From positions 96,001 through 160,000 of the forward strand of contig JAZDQA010000013.1 of NCBI GenBank assembly GCA_043797085.1: DNA of 64,000 nucleotides, given 5' to 3'. This stretch comes from Pseudomonadota bacterium. GTDB taxonomy: Bacteria; Campylobacterota; Campylobacteria; Campylobacterales; Sulfurimonadaceae. Below, in pieces: positions 60,232 through 64,000 of this stretch (the first letter of the stretch is position 1; the number at the start of each line of letters is the position of its first letter). The notes under the pieces are model-generated. The model made no database searches. It worked only from the letters and a program-made list of their open reading frames with translations, and was not told where the DNA came from. The position numbers and the translations under genes were made by a program.

Positions 60232-61449
60232 ATGGCAGTAACCGTTGAAGAGGCTTTAGCACTTATTTACACATATGCACATCCTCTTGGAAGTGAAATC
60301 ATTCCTATTGAAAACGCTCTTGGACGAGTATTAGCGGAAGAAATTATTGCATCTCATTGTCTCCCGCCGTATGATAATTCTGCTATGGATGGATACGCTG
60401 TTACGATCGCTGATACGGGTAAAACTCTGCCTCAATCGTGCGTAATTTTTGCAGGAGATAAAGACGATATTCGTATGGTTGAAGATCAATGTATCCGCAT
60501 TATGACCGGTGCAAAGATTCCTCAAGGATGTGAAGCCATTGTCCCCATCGAAGAAGTGACCCTTATCGATAACAATGTCACCCTCCCCTCTACCATCAAA
60601 GCGTCTCAACACATACGACTCAAAGGGGAAGACATTCAAGCAGGCACTTTGCTCCTCAAAAATGGAACACTGCTTCATGCGCACCATCTCACCTTGCTTG
60701 CCTCTCAAGGACGTACTCACGTGCGTGCCTTTAGATCACCGCGTGTTGCCTTGTTTGCTTCAGGAAATGAGCTTAAAATGCATTTTGAAACAATCCAATC
60801 GCATCAGCTTTACAACACCAATACCCCAACCTTCGCTGCCCGCGCACGCGAGCTTGGATGCGATGTCATTTTTACCGGAACGGCTGAAGATACCATGGAA
60901 AGCATTCAAAGCCATATCAAAAGCACACTGGATGCCGATTTTATTATCACTTCCGGCGGGGTGAGTGTCGGCGATGCGGATTATACTAAAGAGGCATTTA
61001 GCACACTTGGGATGGAAACCTTATTTGAATCAGTCGAAATCAAACCCGGTAAGCCCACTACCTTTGGTCGTATCGGGTCTACTCTCATTCTCAATCTTCC
61101 CGGAAATCCGCTTGCTGCCGCATTGTGTTTTGAACTCTTTGGTCAAAGTACGATTATGGCACTTAGCGGTCAAAGTGATAAATATATCAGCACCATCACC
61201 ACAAAAATTGCAGAACCTTTTAGAATGAAAAAAGGTCGACGCTCACTCATCCCGGGCTGGTTTGATGGAGCCGCTTTCACCCCATCCCCTGTTTTTGGAC
61301 CGGGGATGATACTCCCGTTGTCTCGGGCAAATAGCTTTATGATGGTGGATGCAAAGGTGGAGGGATTTAAAGAGGGAAATGAAGTAAAAATCATCCCCAC
61401 ACGATGGTGTATGAGTGCAGAAAATCAAACGTCGTTAGTGACGTTTTAA
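60232..61449 (+). CDS. moeA: Molybdopterin molybdotransferase MoeA
   Basis: SAMDGYA, IMTGA, SGGVSVGDAD, KPGKP, LPGNP. Confidence 0.97.
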   Translation: MAVTVEEALALIYTYAHPLGSEIIPIENALGRVLAEEIIASHCLPPYDNSAMDGYAVTIADTGKTLPQSCVIFAGDKDDIRMVEDQCIRIMTGAKIPQGCEAIVPIEEVTLIDNNVTLPSTIKASQHIRLKGEDIQAGTLLLKNGTLLHAHHLTLLASQGRTHVRAFRSPRVALFASGNELKMHFETIQSHQLYNTNTPTFAARARELGCDVIFTGTAEDTMESIQSHIKSTLDADFIITSGGVSVGDADYTKEAFSTLGMETLFESVEIKPGKPTTFGRIGSTLILNLPGNPLAAALCFELFGQSTIMALSGQSDKYISTITTKIAEPFRMKKGRRSLIPGWFDGAAFTPSPVFGPGMILPLSRANSFMMVDAKVEGFKEGNEVKIIPTRWCMSAENQTSLVTF

Positions 61450-62027
61450 ACGGTTGTGGGATTGGTAAACCCTTCGCCGCTTTTAACTCTCTCCCACAAC
61501 TTTGGATCGTTCCATTCCTGACATATTTCATCACTAAAATAGATTTTATCGAGGTCAATCAGTCCCATAATTTCCGAATAGGCATCTTCTCGAAAACACT
61601 GTGCATAGCCTGTCTCAGTCTCATGTACGATAATACTGCTAAGACGCACCATTTTTTCTCCATTGACTGTCTTGGTAAACCACATCAATTTATCAATCAT
61701 CACAAAAATCACGCGGCTAAACTGCTCAGCAGAGGGGGAAACCGGTAGTTGCACCCAACGCTGTGAATGACGTTTCATATCAGAAATATATGCTTCATCA
61801 TCTCCATCCCAAAGAGCAATAGAGTGATCAAAACTATCTATCAGTTCTTTCATCCCCTGCTTCATCAATCCAAAATCGTACACCATCTGACCATTATCAA
61901 GATACTGCGATTCAAACAGCACTTCCACTTTATACGAGTGCCCATGAAGCGATGTGCGACAACGCTGTGTAGAACAGCCACGAACGATATGGGCATTTTC
62001 AAATTTGAATGACTTTCTGATTATCAT
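61446..62027 (-). CDS. queD: 6-carboxytetrahydropterin synthase (QueD family)
   Basis: FENAH..C...LHGHSY, DFG, DH, PSAE, ET; next to queE. Confidence 0.9.
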   Translation of the reverse strand: MIIRKSFKFENAHIVRGCSTQRCRTSLHGHSYKVEVLFESQYLDNGQMVYDFGLMKQGMKELIDSFDHSIALWDGDDEAYISDMKRHSQRWVQLPVSPSAEQFSRVIFVMIDKLMWFTKTVNGEKMVRLSSIIVHETETGYAQCFREDAYSEIMGLIDLDKIYFSDEICQEWNDPKLWERVKSGEGFTNPTTV

Positions 62028-62030
62028 TGA

Positions 62031-62789
62031 TTACACTCCATGGTTTTGATCCCAAATACGGATATGCAAACGGTCACTGTAAATAAATCCTCGCCGTTTG
62101 CAAAACTCGATGACGGCTTCGCAGTTGGCTTCGATGTGGGCTTTATCACCACCAAGTGGCATGCAGTAGACGCCAGTATAAGGGTGAGGAGCGATAATCG
62201 TATCCATTTCCTCTTCCAAAACACTGACCAAAGAGGGTTCATCGACGCTGAACTTAAAAAAACTCCCGTTTGCGTTGGCAATAATAGAAGCGATTACCTC
62301 ATTCTTGTATCGTCGATCTATCGGTTCACCGCTGTTTGAAAGTTTTACCGATAACGCATAAATGGCTTCTTTGTAAAAAGGATATTTTACAAAATCAGGC
62401 GCAATTGTCGCATTGGTTTCGAACGTTACTCGATGACCCTGCGAAATCAAATAATCGATAAACTCTAAAAAAATCGGTTCATTCGCATAAATCAGCGGTT
62501 CACCACCCGTCAAAACAATATCGACATGAGGGGGAAGTTTGTAGCCGTTCATAATCCATATCAAAGTTTGAAGCTCTTCGATTTCCATCCACAAATCACC
62601 GAATCCCTTACGATCTACGGCATAGACCGTATCGCATCCGATAATTTTGCGTCCGTCAGGAGTTATTTCACTGCATCCAAATCCCTCACACTTGAGGTTA
62701 CATCCCCCAAAACGGAAAAAAAGAGAGGGAGTTCCAACATACTTTCCCTCACCTTGGACAGAATAAAAATGTTCAACTAAATAGAGCAT
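62031..62789 (-). CDS. queE: 7-carboxy-7-deazaguanine synthase
   Basis: FYSVQGEG, FFRFGGCNLKC..CDT, LTGGEP, ETN, RLHIRIW; start at MLYLVE. Confidence 0.93.
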   Translation of the reverse strand: MLYLVEHFYSVQGEGKYVGTPSLFFRFGGCNLKCEGFGCSEITPDGRKIIGCDTVYAVDRKGFGDLWMEIEELQTLIWIMNGYKLPPHVDIVLTGGEPLIYANEPIFLEFIDYLISQGHRVTFETNATIAPDFVKYPFYKEAIYALSVKLSNSGEPIDRRYKNEVIASIIANANGSFFKFSVDEPSLVSVLEEEMDTIIAPHPYTGVYCMPLGGDKAHIEANCEAVIEFCKRRGFIYSDRLHIRIWDQNHGV

Positions 62790-62790
62790 C

Positions 62791-63762
62791 TCACCCTCCT
62801 GTCTCATAAAATGCGCGCTTTGAGAGCTCACCGTCAGGATCACTCCAGCGATTTTTCTCTGGCTTCGTTCGAATGACTTCTTTGAGAACCAAAGCCGCTT
62901 CTTTTATATCTCCGCGTCGTATAGCGTCTCGAATACTCATCGCCTCATCAAAATACAAACACGGGATCAAGTTTCCTTCAGCAGTCAACCGGATACGATT
63001 GCACTTCGCACAAAAATCATCTTTATGAGGCTCTATAATCCCAAACTCGTATCCATTATCAAGTTTATAATAATGCGACGGTGAGTGCCCGTCAAATCCT
63101 TCATCACTGTAAGTATAACGGCTTCCGATAATCTCTAAAAGCTCAAAACTCTGCATCCCTTTAATATCAACCTCGGCATGAACGTTTTCCATGTATTCGA
63201 TAAAACGAACCGTCATATTTCGCTCTTTGCAAAACTCCAATACATCCAAAATCTCAGTATCATTCATCCCTTTCATCGGAACCATGTTTACTTTAATTCT
63301 AAAACCAACACTCAATGCCTCTTCAATTCCTGCTAGTACATGGCTTAAAACATCTTTTTTAGCGATTTTTTCGGCTATATCGGGGATGAGAGAATCAATC
63401 GAAACGTTAATACGGCGAAGCCCTGCATCATACAATTTTTGAGCAGCACCTTTTAGTAAATACGCATTGGTTGTCATCGCCAAATCAATGTCATTTTTGT
63501 AATCATGAATCATCTTTACAAAACGATCAAGATCTTCACGCAGCAATGGCTCTCCACCGGTAATACGGATTTTTTTAACGCCCGAATCAATGGATACTTT
63601 GATAAATTCAAACAGCTCTTCAAAGCTGAGAAGGTTCTCTTTTGGAACCCATGAAAAAGGTTTTTCGGGCATACAATACTGGCACCTAAAATTACATCTC
63701 TCGGTTACAGAAACACGTAAGTAATCAACGGTTCTGCCATAACTATCTATTAACACATTCAT
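62791..63762 (-). CDS. moaA: GTP 3',8-cyclase MoaA
   Basis: [30 protein letters not shown]-terminal GG. Confidence 0.97.
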   Translation of the reverse strand: MNVLIDSYGRTVDYLRVSVTERCNFRCQYCMPEKPFSWVPKENLLSFEELFEFIKVSIDSGVKKIRITGGEPLLREDLDRFVKMIHDYKNDIDLAMTTNAYLLKGAAQKLYDAGLRRINVSIDSLIPDIAEKIAKKDVLSHVLAGIEEALSVGFRIKVNMVPMKGMNDTEILDVLEFCKERNMTVRFIEYMENVHAEVDIKGMQSFELLEIIGSRYTYSDEGFDGHSPSHYYKLDNGYEFGIIEPHKDDFCAKCNRIRLTAEGNLIPCLYFDEAMSIRDAIRRGDIKEAALVLKEVIRTKPEKNRWSDPDGELSKRAFYETGG

Positions 63763-63875
63763 CCTTGGGATAAGTCATTGTGTGCGATAGTATCTAAAAG
63801 TAGTTTGGAGTTTTATTTAGTAGGGGAATTAGAAAGAAAATCTGCCTCCAAAAAGGCAAATTTAGCTGGTTTTAT

Positions 63876-64000
63876 TTACCAACCGCGTACAACTGCATGG
63901 CACGCTGTACACGCATTTACGATTTCAGAATACGATTGATGCGCTTTAGAATACTCTTTTTTAGTAAGTGCTTTTAAAAGATCAGACGAAGCACTATCAA
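63876..64000 (-). CDS. c-type cytochrome (C-terminal fragment, class II/c'-like)
   Basis: Manual translation ..KAHQSYSEIVNACTACHAVVRGW*; CxxCH near the C-terminus. Confidence 0.75.
   Translation of the reverse strand, partial: DSASSDLLKALTKKEYSKAHQSYSEIVNACTACHAVVRGW

Overview
A mostly core-genome window from a Campylobacterota (Epsilonproteobacteria) bacterium. Gene order and protein style suggest a Sulfuricurvum/Sulfurimonas-like organism (inference). In order it holds: partial alaS; leuA; a 9-gene type IV pilus (MSHA/T2SS-like) cluster at 3.7-12.9 kb; murG-ftsW; flgBC-fliE-ftsI; panC; prfB-bpt; the tRNA-tuf-rpmG-secE-nusG-rplKAJL-rpoBC-rpsLG-fusA supercluster; a metabolic block (tkt, ispA, panD, murE, corA, Ca/H antiporter); the alpha operon rpmJ-rpsMKD-rpoA-rplQ; hom; RNA methyltransferases; rpmE; and moeA/queD/queE/moaA. 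No transposase, prophage or CRISPR array was seen. The most unusual signals are: (1) a ~75-nt three-hairpin dispersed element in 4 same-orientation copies just 3' of rpsG, rplK, hom and rpmE, with stems kept by compensatory changes; (2) a probable sigma54 promoter driving the pilus assembly operon while the major pilin has its own sigma70-type promoter; (3) a pilin fused to an Ig-like domain; (4) several structured ribosomal-operon leaders. All calls are by eye, with no database searches.
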